This document shows positions 13,056 through 23,085 of a stretch of 64,000 bases of DNA, piece by piece. The stretch covers positions 1-64,000 of the forward strand of contig LSRY02000039.1 in the NCBI GenBank assembly GCA_001643675.2, in the 5' to 3' direction. Below the pieces are notes generated by a model. That model was not told the origin of the DNA, did no database searches, and worked only from the letters and a program-made list of their open reading frames with translations. The stretch's first letter is position 1. Each line of letters begins with the position of its first letter. The position numbers were made by a program, and so were the translations under genes. The stretch comes from Monocercomonoides exilis PA203 (taxonomy: Eukaryota > Protista > Preaxostyla).

Positions 13056-14558
13056 ATGAGTGAATACGACTTATTGGAAAAAGAATAAACTTTCAACGAG
13101 TTTATAATTCAATCAAACAACAAAAATCATCTTGCAGTTGAATTGCTATCTAAATACGGATTGATAAAAAGAAATAGGAAATGTTGGAAATGCGACAGAA
13201 CGATGGAGCTGAAACTGTACAAAAAAGAAATTGATTACTATGCATACAGATGTTCAAAATGTGGAAGAATTTTCAGTTGGAGTTATGATTCGATATTCAT
13301 GGAATTTCGCTTATCACCTTTGAAAATTGCATCTCTATTATATCATTTTTGGTACAAGCATTCAATAAAGGAAGTTTCTTTCGAGTTGAATGTTACAAAC
13401 AAAACTGTTGTGAAATTTAATGAAAAGATGAGAAGAACATGCTGCTTTTTTTGAAACGAGCAAAATGGAAAAAGTCGGAGACAATCGCATAGTTGAAATA
13501 GATGAAACTTTGATTCACAAAAGAAAAAATGGAGTTGGGAGATGCAAAGAACAGCAGTGGTTATGGGGTGTTATCGAAAGAAAGGAAAAAGGAAAGCCTC
13601 AAAAACTAATTGTTGAATTTCTTCCTGATAGAAAAGCAGACACAATTTTATATTTCGTTAAAAAAAACATTGAAAGATCAGCAACTATCATGTCTGATAA
13701 ATGGTCAGCTTACAATTGCATCAGTGAAAATGGTTTTACAATAGACAGCGTTAATCATACTCTTTATTTTGTTAAACCAGAAAATCCAAAGGTTTACACA
13801 CAGACAATTGAAGGTATCTGGTCTCATTTGAAAAATCATATTCCAAAACGAGGGAGAACATATATGAAAACTAAGGAATATGTTTACGAGTTTCAATTTA
13901 GATATAATAATCGACTCACTCCAATCTCATTCATGAAAGAATTATCAAAAATTGACAAGAGAAGTTTGGATGTTTTTTTACGTGCCTACGACGAAAGTGC
14001 TTCAAATATGATAAGCGTTTTGAATAAAGAAAGAAAATTCAAATTATCATCTTACTATTTGAAAAAACAGGAAATGAAAAAAAGAAGAAACTATGAAATG
14101 GCTGATGAAAGTGAGCTGGATGAAGTATTGAAAAAAAAAGATTATCAAAGAAATTGATTGAAACAAATATAACAGAGAATTTCATAAGAAGAAAAATTGA
14201 AGATGAAGAAGAGAAAGAAGAGAAAGAAGAAAAAGAAGAAAAAAAAGAAAAAGAAGAAAAAGAAGAGAAAGAAGAGAAAGAAGAAACTATCTCAGATTTA
14301 GAAACAAAGACTGTAAGAAAAAAAAGAAATATTAGAAACAGATCAAAAAATGGTAGATTTGTGAAATTTATTGAGAATCAACAGATTGAAACTTTGATTC
14401 TTGAATCAAAAATGTTTTGTGAAAAAAAGAAAACAAAAATTGAGGAGATGGAGAAAAAAGAAAAAGAAAAGAAACATGAAATTGAAAATAAGCCAATACT
14501 CAGAAGCTTCATCAAATCAAAAGACATAGGAACGGAGCAATCTCCTATTAATTTGTAG
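13056..14558 (+). pseudogene. Merlin/IS1595-family transposase of element B (one early TAA, two homopolymer frameshifts), long charged C-terminal tail
   Basis: CWKC..YRCSKC; IVEIDETLIHKRK; WLWGVIER; IMSDKWSAY; VNHTLYFVKP; YTQTIEGIW; YVYEFQFRYN. Frameshifts at T7 (13446-13452) and A9 (14131-14139). TAA at 13086-13088. Confidence 0.9.
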
Positions 14559-15189
14559 ACAAATTCATCACTACACTTTATTTCACATCACATTTTTATA
14601 ATTTCGAAATAAACTTATTCAAGAAACAAATGATGATTCTTTTTTTGTTGCTTGCACTTTCTAGACATGAGAAAAGATTCTTAACAAATTGTTGGAATTG
14701 TATTTATTGAACTGAAATTCATTCATTCTATTTGAATATCTATATTACAATAACTCTCAGATTGAATACAATCACTCAACCACAATTTTCTCATTATCAA
14801 ACATAAAGAAAAGCTGTTATTACAGAAAAGAATTGGAGGATCAAATTCTTTCCAAAACAAACATTATCTCAATATTAACTGTTTTTTTGTTTAACCTTTT
14901 TATCATCCTCCACAAACTTCACTCTTCCTTTTTCTTTTCCGATCCTTTTTACCTGTATCCACATCACTCTCCAACTCCACACACTTCCTCAAACAACCCA
15001 GATAGATATTCCACAACTTCCATGCACTGTTCCTTTCACAAACACAACTCAAATCAGTTCTCCTTTAAACATTGTTCTTTGATATTCCTCTCCTGAAACT
15101 GTTTTAATTTCTCAAACTTCCACACACATACACATTCATTTTATTTTTTCATTCACAGATCAACATCATCCATTAGCACTTGCACTTCT

Positions 15190-16330
15190 CAACTAAGTTT
15201 TCTTTTCTCCACTCAGCTCAATCTCCATTACTCCCCCTTCTCTGTTCCTCTCACTTGTGATACCATCCGTCTCCAAGCTCTCCACAACCACACTCGAATG
15301 CACAGAAAATGGCACATTCTCAAACGATGCTCCACTGACAGAACAGTTCTGCACATTCAGCATCCACTTCAGCGTGCTCACAATCCTGTATCCAACAACC
15401 CCGCTCTCTCTCCACTCAAACCCCACATTCGACACATTCACCACCCAGCTTTCTGATCCCAGAACATGCTTTACCCAGTTCCAAACACCTGTGGAAGACT
15501 TATCACTAACATCCTCACACCCAGGCGCTCACCACTCCACATCACAGCTTCACATCCATCACTCTTCAGCTCCCATTCAACATGCATCTTCGCCTGCTTT
15601 GCTTCTTCTGCCTCAGGCCCACATATCATTGTTCCTCGCCCAAACACAAAGCAGTCACTCGCCACACATCTGTCGCTCACCACAACCTTCTGCTCTTTTT
15701 GCTCACTCTCTTCCTTCAGATGCCCAATCCCACACCAAAGCGTGCCACATGCAATCTCCTCTTCCCCACACCCCAGAACATCCATCCCGCTCCCTTCCGA
15801 CACATGCACCTCATCTCCGCTGAACTTCACCAGAAACAGAAGCAAATCAACACTCTCCCTTGCAAATCTTCCATTGTCCCTCCCTCGCATATCCACTTTG
15901 CACATTCTATCTTCATCCACAAGCTCTATCTCAAACCATTTCGGAAGGATTGTTTCCTTAAAATCCTCACACATCACATACACATCTTTCCTTTCACCTG
16001 CCCTAATCCTCTCGAGCACACATTCATTCACCCCAAAGCAATCTGCCCTGCTCTTCCCATCAGCACTTATGAAAATCTCTCCTCCTTTTTCTTCACTCCC
16101 CCTTACCGAGCATCCTTCAAATGTGCAGTTCTCAACAACAACCACTAGGCCTTCTGCAACCTCACGCTTCAATGCCCCTCCATTCACATATTCACTTATA
16201 CACATTGAAAATATCGAATCGATTCCCACTTTGCATCTATTCCCTCGCTTCTCATCAACAGCGTTCCAGAATTCCTTCTCTCATCTGTCAATCCTTCTCC
16301 AACTTATCTCTATCTTTGATCGTTTCTCTT
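15190..16330 (-). pseudogene. Captured internal ectodomain fragment of the giant receptor family
   Basis: NGGALK..KGGEIFI..KDVYVMCEDF..VDLLLFL..GMDVLGCGEEEIAC aligns with DGGFLH..RGGGIFL..NDVFLSCVDL..IDLSFLL..GFDILGCGTEEYPC of the 35284 gene (about aa 2230-2590). Confidence 0.78.
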
Positions 16331-16617
16331 CAACAATCACTCATTTCTTTTCCCTCAGTACCCCTCCTGCATAAAACATGATTACTTTCATAATAACACT
16401 ATCCATTTGTGTTTCTCTGCCTTTCACTCTCCTAACCCACGCATAAACCACCAAAGATCCACTTCCTTCCTCGCTTTCTTCTTTTTCATATTTGGTAGTT
16501 AACAAATTTCACTTCCCAAAAATTCAATTCTTTATTCTTTTTCTTCTCTGATTCACTATGTTGCTTCACAAAAAGAGTTTTCGTTGCGTTTGTATCTTCA
16601 TATTTTCTTCCTTCGCA

Positions 16618-17190
16618 TTAATAACTTTTGAATATTTTTCCACAATGCTCCACTTCAAATCCACTTGATGAGATAAATATCACAATTAAGCAGTGTGGTA
16701 CGATGAATATGAAAAATTCTTTGTTTGAATGATGACTATCACTTCCAACAAACAAATAATTATCACCTTTCATTGATGAATAATCAAACTTTAATGTATC
16801 GTTTGTCACAGAAGAATTAAAATTCTTTCCCTTAATGAACACATTCTTTCCAATGGCTGCATTATTATTCTCAAAAATTACTCCAACATCAAAAAGAAAT
16901 GGCTTCTCAATCAAACAATTTTGACAATCCAAATACAGGAATCCTCCTTTTCCATTGTTTAATGAAAGCGAACAAAATGAAGCATTAGTTGAATTAATGA
17001 TCAAATCTTCATTCCCTTTCAATATCACTTTTGCAACGCCTCCTTCATCGCTTCCAGTGTTCACAATATTAGAAAAGTTGTTGCTCTCATATAAATCAGA
17101 GAAAGCTATCACCAATAGTAATTTGACAAATGCTGGCCCTATAAAACTTCCCACTTGCAACATGTAACTTCCACCGGATGTTGTTCTCAA
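16618..17190 (-). pseudogene. Second captured ectodomain fragment of the giant receptor family
   Basis: NGKGGFLYLDC..PFLF..FENNNAAIGKNVFI..LKFDY..FVGSD..SSGFEVEHCG aligns with NGRGGAVFINC..PFIF..FEENNAFTGKNAFI..FAFDY..FTGSD..SAGCDVKRCG (about aa 2575-2715). Confidence 0.8.
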
Positions 17191-17280
17191 TGTATGTTGA
17201 ATAATATGCTTTGATATTTGAACATCAAATATGTATTAAATTAGTTGAAAATGTTTATATGATGAACTCAAGGAATTTTG

Positions 17281-18151
17281 ATTCTGCACATGTTAATATT
17301 GCATGTGATGTTGTAACATTCAATGAAAATATCGTTTCCCACTTTTGCTGTATTTGCATTGGATTTCATCCCCACAAATGCGAAATCAAGAAACCCTCTT
17401 TTATTTGCTGCAAAACGCATTCCATCTTTCATATTTGTGCAGTAGTTGTTGCTTCTGTAAATATCTTCTTGCATTTAACATTCAACATTGATTCAGTAAA
17501 AAAATAAATAAAAAAAATAATGAAAATCGTTAAAACATTCTTTAAATAAGTTAATTTATATGAAATTCACACTTTCATGGCATCAACAAAGCTTCTTTAT
17601 TCATGATCATCATTGCGTAATATAATCATCCTCAAACTGCACAAAAATTTTCATCTTAAAAATCATAAACAAAATTCATAAAGATTTGAATGATATATTG
17701 ATAATAATTCATCACACACTTTAAATCTATATTTATATATATGATTTGTTGTATGTTCGCAAACGAGGGTTCAATTCTTGATGAAAGAAAGCAAATTCTA
17801 ATTTTTTGGACATTAAAAATATAATTGTGGGATTGATCAAAATATTTAAATTTTTTAATTAATTTTTTAAAATGTTTTATTTTTTGAAAAATCATAAATA
17901 AAATAAGAGTATATAATAATAAATGACCTCACAGCTGCTTATTATTTTAAAATTATCTTATTTTATCATTTTTATAAGAAAAATACCAGTGTTTATGGGT
18001 GATTTGCAAAAATTGTTTTTTCTCAAGGATCAAAAAGAATTTCAAAATTCCAGTCCATACAAATGTTTTATAATTAAATATACTTTTTATTTATCACAAT
18101 GTTTTAAAGAATATCCAAGGATTGGGAATGTGCTTTAAATACACCTATGCC
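17281..18151 (-). repeat. Right TIR of element B (871 bp)
   Basis: Reverse complement of 8767-9637. Confidence 0.95.
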
Positions 18152-18211
18152 CATTTGTGATCTGATTTTCAGATCAATTAATATTTTGTGACTTTTCAAA
18201 AAAAAAATACC

Positions 18212-18426
18212 CATCTGAAAAAAATTTTTTTTGAATATTTTCAAAATTTAAAATATAAGAAAAGGAGGAAAATGATTTGTTCGAAATTGATAAAGAAGAA
18301 TATTTGGTTGAAATGGAAAAGGAAAAAAATGATGAAGAAACTGAAATTGAAAATGAAGATACAATCAAAATCGGAAATAATCATATCGGTTTTTACACAA
18401 CTTTTTGTGACTATATCCGATTGTGA
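18212..18426 (+). pseudogene. Probable displaced 3' end (acidic tail) of the 690-1534 transposase
   Basis: Removing element C joins ...RDKELTS to sequence encoding EKEENDLFEIDKEEYLVEMEKEKNDEETEIENEDTIK...IRL* (frame shifts at the poly-T/A runs). The transposase in element B also has an acidic tail. Confidence 0.55.
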
Positions 18427-18681
18427 TAATATACGACGCTGTTTAACACGGAAAAATAAAAAAATTAATTTTTGAAATAATTTATTTTGAGTCGATTTTT
18501 TTATTTTTGGATATTCCATACAAATACACATTTTTCACTTGTGAAAATATTCTTTATCATTAATATGCATTATTAATACTTATTTGAGCTCATTTTAGAA
18601 AAATCAAAAAATTGAGTTTTTTGATCAAAAAGTCGTTTTACAATGAAAAAAGAACCTTTAATAAACAAAATGCGATTATAT

Positions 18682-18937
18682 GGGTGATTTTTTTTAAAAC
18701 ATAACTTTTTTCGAGATGTTGTTTTTTCAAAGGATGTATGACATTGAAAATTCCTGTTGAAATCATATGCAAAAACGATTTCATATTATTAGAAAATTAT
18801 TGATTTTTCTTTAATACAGATGAAGACATTGAAAACAGATCTTTTCACTTTCGTGTGTGAAAAAATTTGAATTCAAGTGCATTTTTTTGATCGGAATTTT
18901 AAAACACATAAATTTGACTTCAAAAATAATCACACAC
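18682..18937. mobile_element. Decayed 256-bp GGG-ended MITE (mirror ~23887-24143), same family as 33833-34088
   Basis: atat|gggtgatttttttt...ttcaaaaataatcacacac|atat, with end-to-end similarity to the 33833 copy. Confidence 0.65.
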
Positions 18938-19739
18938 ATATATTTTGTATTGCGATCAAATGAGATGGAAAATGAATAAAAAACTGGACTAAAATGTCGG
19001 TGCATGGTTAAATGAGATTATTACCGATTGTGATTGAATTCGATGCGATTATATCAGGTTTTAACTGAATCTTTATTATTGAGTTTGATTATTATCCAAA
19101 TGATTAAATATAGATTGTGTATGAAATACCGGACAAAAATAAAAAATAAGGTTTGATCAAAAAGTCACTTATCAAAATAATTGCACGCACATGCACAAAC
19201 GATTGGAAAAAAGAGCTGAAATTGTTGAGATTCTGGAAAGTGAAAAAATGGCGAGATATAATCTAGTTGACAGACGAGTTGAGCAAAAATTCAAATAGTA
19301 AATGAAAAGCTCACTATTTCTAATTATTTTAAAATTATTATTATTTGGCGAAACTTCGTCTGTCATGTTCAGTTTTAAAAATGTTAAAAATAAAAAAATA
19401 ATGGATGTGATCATCAATTTTATATTTATATTTCCGTATCTCTTTGTATAGCTTACAATAATTAATGAACTCTGCTGTCTGTATGTTAATTTTTGTTGGT
19501 TATTTGTTTTTATCAATCTTTATTAAAAATATTTTATTTTTAGTTGCTTAATTTCGATCGTTCACTTAATCACTTTCACTTTTGCTCGAAACAAAAAGGT
19601 GAAGAAATTGGCATCACGGAAGTGTGATAACTTATTGAATATTATTAATTTTTATTCATTTTGAAATCTAAATACTCGATATGACGTTTTTTTTTATTTA
19701 AAAAACGATATTTTTAACTTTAGTGTTGCGCTGTATTTA

Positions 19740-20583
19740 AGATGATACCGAATTTTGAACAAACGAAAGAGTTAATCGAAGAAACGCATTAAGAAGAATT
19801 AATTCCTGTTTTTTACAGAAGAATTGTTCGACAAAATGCACAAAATGTTTGACGAAAGAAAATTACGTTGGAGAAAGCTGCTGATTGCTGAAGGACATGG
19901 GATATTACAAAGTGTTGAAAATGACTTTATTATATTCTTTTGATGAATCTTTTTTGAGAGATCGATTTCAGAAAATGATCATTGAAGAAGAAGAGAGAAA
20001 AAAAGATGAAAAGAATGAAAATCTTCTTGTTGGACTTTGTGAATGCTTTCTTTTGCTTCATGAGGATATTTCAAGAGAATTTGCTTCAATATGTGTCCGT
20101 TGCCTTCTGAAAGTTGCAGCGAAGAAAGAGGAAAGCGAGGAAACACAAAAAGAAGTGGAAATGGCATTGTTGACTTTGATCAATACTTTCCGTTACGTTT
20201 GAAATTTTCTATTTTCTTTTGATTTTTTTTAATTTTTATTTTAATTTTTTATCAGCCAATCAAAAAGGAACTGTATTTGAGTGAAATTATAGAAATTATA
20301 AAGCGTCATCAAGAATTCAACAATCTGACACGACTTGCTTGTCATTCTGCTTGGGTATTTTTAATAAACCGAGTTTACAGTGACAAAAGTTTGGAAAACG
20401 TGATTGCGGATAAGCTACATTTTGCGAGAGATGCGACAAGAGAATAGTAAGAGCTGATAAAATGCATAAATTGGAAGAATAAAGATGGATAGGAAAAAGG
20501 AGGAAAAGAATGAAGCAATAGAAGCAGCTGAAATGATGAAGGAAGCAGCAGAAGTGGCTGAAATGATGAAGGAAGCAGCAGAA
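19740..20583 (+). pseudogene. Fragment of a multicopy uncharacterised Monocercomonoides-type protein family, with intron ~20197-20255
   Basis: RFQKMIIEEE..NENLLVGLCECFLLL..SICVRCLLKVAAKKEESEETQKEVEMALL. After a GT..AG intron it continues PIKKELYLSEIIEIIKRHQEFNNLTRLACHSAW..LHFARDATRE followed by two stops. Family recognised from memory, not by search. Confidence 0.7.
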
Positions 20584-20908
20584 ATAGAAGGATAAATTAG
20601 GATTGTTAAGAAATTGAATTAGTATATATTAGAAATTGGAACTATTAATTAATGTTTTATTATTCGTTGAATAAATACTTTCAAACATTTTTTATTGAAA
20701 TTATGAAAAATGAGGATAGAAGAAATAAAATGTTATTTATGTTTATATTTTTGATATATCTTTTTGTTGATTTTTTTTATTGTAAGTTTTTAATGAAAGC
20801 TTTATTAATTATTGAAAATGAACTTCTAAGTTTTCACATCTTAGTATATTTTTTTATCAGTGGAATGAAAAAAATTTGAAAAAATAATTGAGACAAAATA
20901 TTCATTTT

Positions 20909-21796
20909 TTAATAATCAAAATTTTCAAAAATGTGTAAAAACTTAATGAATGAGTTACAAGGGCTTCTTTTAAATGTGAAAACATTTAAATAATCTTGCA
21001 TATATTTTTGTCTAACTCCGTATGGAGGAAGATATTTTCTGAGAAGGCTCCAAGTGCTTTCTATTCTTTGTGTGTGAGCCTTTGTAATAGGATCCACAAA
21101 TCTTTTTTTGTGATTGACAGTAAAATGCGTGTATCCAGCTCCATTTAAATTGTTATATCCCCTCCAACAATCCGTGTATATTTTTGTTTTTTCCTTCACA
21201 TAACTTTTGATTGCTTGATGCAGTATTTCTCTTGATCTTTTCAAAACAGGAATTAAAAACAGATTGGATTTTTGACCCTTTTTTTTCGGACGTTCGATTC
21301 CTCCAATGATCCAATTTTGTCTTTTAGTTCTTCCTCGATTGTATTTTCTTTTAGGAAATATTGCTTCATCAATTTCCACTTCAGTTCCTTTTCCTCCAAT
21401 AATTCGCTGATTTTCCATGTAAAATTTTGATACACATTTACGAAAAGAATCATAAGCATGCATCACAGTAATATTTGATTTTCCACAAATGAAACTACAA
21501 TGTGTCTGAGAAATGCCGACCCAAAAACATAAAGCCATCAAACAGATATTACAAATTTTGAATCTGAATTTTTCAAAATTTGTATTTTTCGAAATTTTGA
21601 TTTGTTTATGTTTGCAACGAAAGCGACTTGTTTCATTTTCATAAACGTAGATTTTCATATTCTTTTGGCACTTCCAGCAATAGCGGTCTTTTTCCAAGAT
21701 CTTATGATTTAAAAGCCAATCAATTGTTTCTTTTTCTGATCTGAATATTTGAAACAGTTTTTTAAACTGCTTTTGATTTTCTGCTTTGGTTGGCAT
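20909..21796 (-). CDS. Merlin/IS1595(ISXO2)-family DDE transposase, intact, 295 aa
   Basis: N-terminal Zn ribbon (CWKC...RCKH), GGKGTEVEIDE (D1), KRKYNRGR, WIIGGIER, IYTDCWRGY (D2), HFTVNHKKRFVDP, HTQRIESTW (E), YLNVF. No stops or frameshifts. Confidence 0.95.
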   Translation of the reverse strand: MPTKAENQKQFKKLFQIFRSEKETIDWLLNHKILEKDRYCWKCQKNMKIYVYENETSRFRCKHKQIKISKNTNFEKFRFKICNICLMALCFWVGISQTHCSFICGKSNITVMHAYDSFRKCVSKFYMENQRIIGGKGTEVEIDEAIFPKRKYNRGRTKRQNWIIGGIERPKKKGQKSNLFLIPVLKRSREILHQAIKSYVKEKTKIYTDCWRGYNNLNGAGYTHFTVNHKKRFVDPITKAHTQRIESTWSLLRKYLPPYGVRQKYMQDYLNVFTFKRSPCNSFIKFLHIFENFDY

Positions 21797-22241
21797 AATA
21801 TTTCAAATAGAGTGTCTGAAAAAAGATTTATTGAATTATTCAAGTTTTGATCTTCATATGTGAAAAAATAGAAATAAAAAGACAGATAAGTGAAGTGAAA
21901 TCAACAAATAGAATACTGAAGGCACTTCGAAATAAAACAAAAAAAAATTGCGAAAAATTTAAAATCTCAAGATCAAATAAAGATTTAAAAAATATTTGGA
22001 ATCGAATTTCAAAAATAATTAATAAATTATGCTCTGCAAAGATCAACAAACAATTTGCAAAATATTACACATTCAAAGTTCAACTTTGGTTCAAAAACAC
22101 TTATACAACCGAAATTTCAAAAAACATTTGACATTCAATATAATAAGCAAATAATTTCGTCGATACCAATATTTCTTACATTTTCGAAATAATTTTCATT
22201 GATCCTTCTAATTCTTTCGCTTCCATTTTCTTCTCAGCCAC

Positions 22242-23085
22242 TTCTGCTGCTTCCTTCATCATTTCAGCCACTTCTGCTGCTTCCTTCATCATTTCAGCTG
22301 CTTCTATTGCTTCATTCTTTTCCTCCTTTTTCCTATCCATCTTTATTCTTCCAATTTATGCATTTTATCAGCTCTTACTATTCTCTTGTCGCATCTCTCG
22401 CAAAATGTAGCTTATCCGCAATCACGTTTTCCAAACTTTTGTCACTGTAAACTCGGTTTATTAAAAATACCCAAGCAGAATGACAAGCAAGTCGTGTCAG
22501 ATTGTTGAATTCTTGATGACGCTTTATAATTTCTATAATTTCACTCAAATACAGTTCCTTTTTGATTGGCTGATAAAAAATTAAAATAAAAATTAAAAAA
22601 AATCAAAAGAAAATAGAAAATTTCAAACGTAACGGAAAGTATTGATCAAAGTCAACAATGCCATTTCCACTTCTTTTTGTGTTTCCTCGCTTTCCTCTTT
22701 CTTCGCTGCAACTTTCAGAAGGCAACGGACACATATTGAAGCAAATTCTCTTGAAATATCCTCATGAAGCAAAAGAAAGCATTCACAAAGTCCAACAAGA
22801 AGATTTTCATTCTTTTCATCTTTTTTTCTCTCTTCTTCTTCAATGATCATTTTCTGAAATCGATCTCTCAAAAAGATTCATCAAAAGAATATAATAAAGT
22901 CATTTTCAACACTTTGTAATATCCCATGTCCTTCAGCAATCAGCAGCTTTCTCCAACGTAATTTTCTTTCGTCAAACATTTTGTGCATTTTGTCGAACAA
23001 TTCTTCTGTAAAAAACAGGAATTAATTCTTCTTAATGCGTTTCTTCGATTAACTCTTTCGTTTGTTCAAAATTCGGTATCATCTT
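22242..23085 (-). pseudogene. Mirror copy of the 19740-20583 host-gene fragment
   Basis: ORF 22623-22871 is identical to part of 19885-20202. Confidence 0.7.

Larger units (their letters stand above)
8767..18151 (+). mobile_element. Element B: 9,385-bp Merlin transposon with 871-bp TIRs, 8-bp TSD and captured host-gene fragments
   Basis: Ends GGCATAGGTG.../...CACCTATGCC. TSD CATTTGTG at 8759-8766 and 18152-18159. Empty site present in the right arm. Internal IS1595-type transposase. Confidence 0.93.
1534..18212. mobile_element. Element C, left copy: ~7.3-kb non-autonomous TIR element containing inserted element B
   Basis: ~89-bp inverted repeats gggtatttttttt-gaaaagtcacaaaatattaattgatctgaaaatcagatc...ccgttcccat at 1534-1622 and at 8729-8766 + 18160-18212. 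Flanking direct repeat ATCT (GGG ends) or CATCTG (GG ends). Interrupts a transposase ORF. Confidence 0.75.
18160..20583 (+). repeat. Left arm of giant inverted repeat, inner part (partner 22242-24665)
   Basis: Reverse complement of 22242-24665 (coordinate sums ~42825). Resumes directly after the second TSD copy of element B and ends in a 30-bp tandem repeat. Confidence 0.95.

Noticed and set aside
690-14157. TAA/TAG read as Gln (as in some oxymonads), since many in-frame stops in the transposases and cargo are TAR
   Set aside because: Long host ORFs contain no internal TAR and some end in TAR. Some pseudogene stops replace Leu/Glu (20445-20450) or are TGA. CAR-to-TAR decay explains the rest.
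20521-20583. 30-bp tandem repeat as a separate functional array
   Set aside because: Only about two units. Treated as the inner boundary of the giant inverted repeat.
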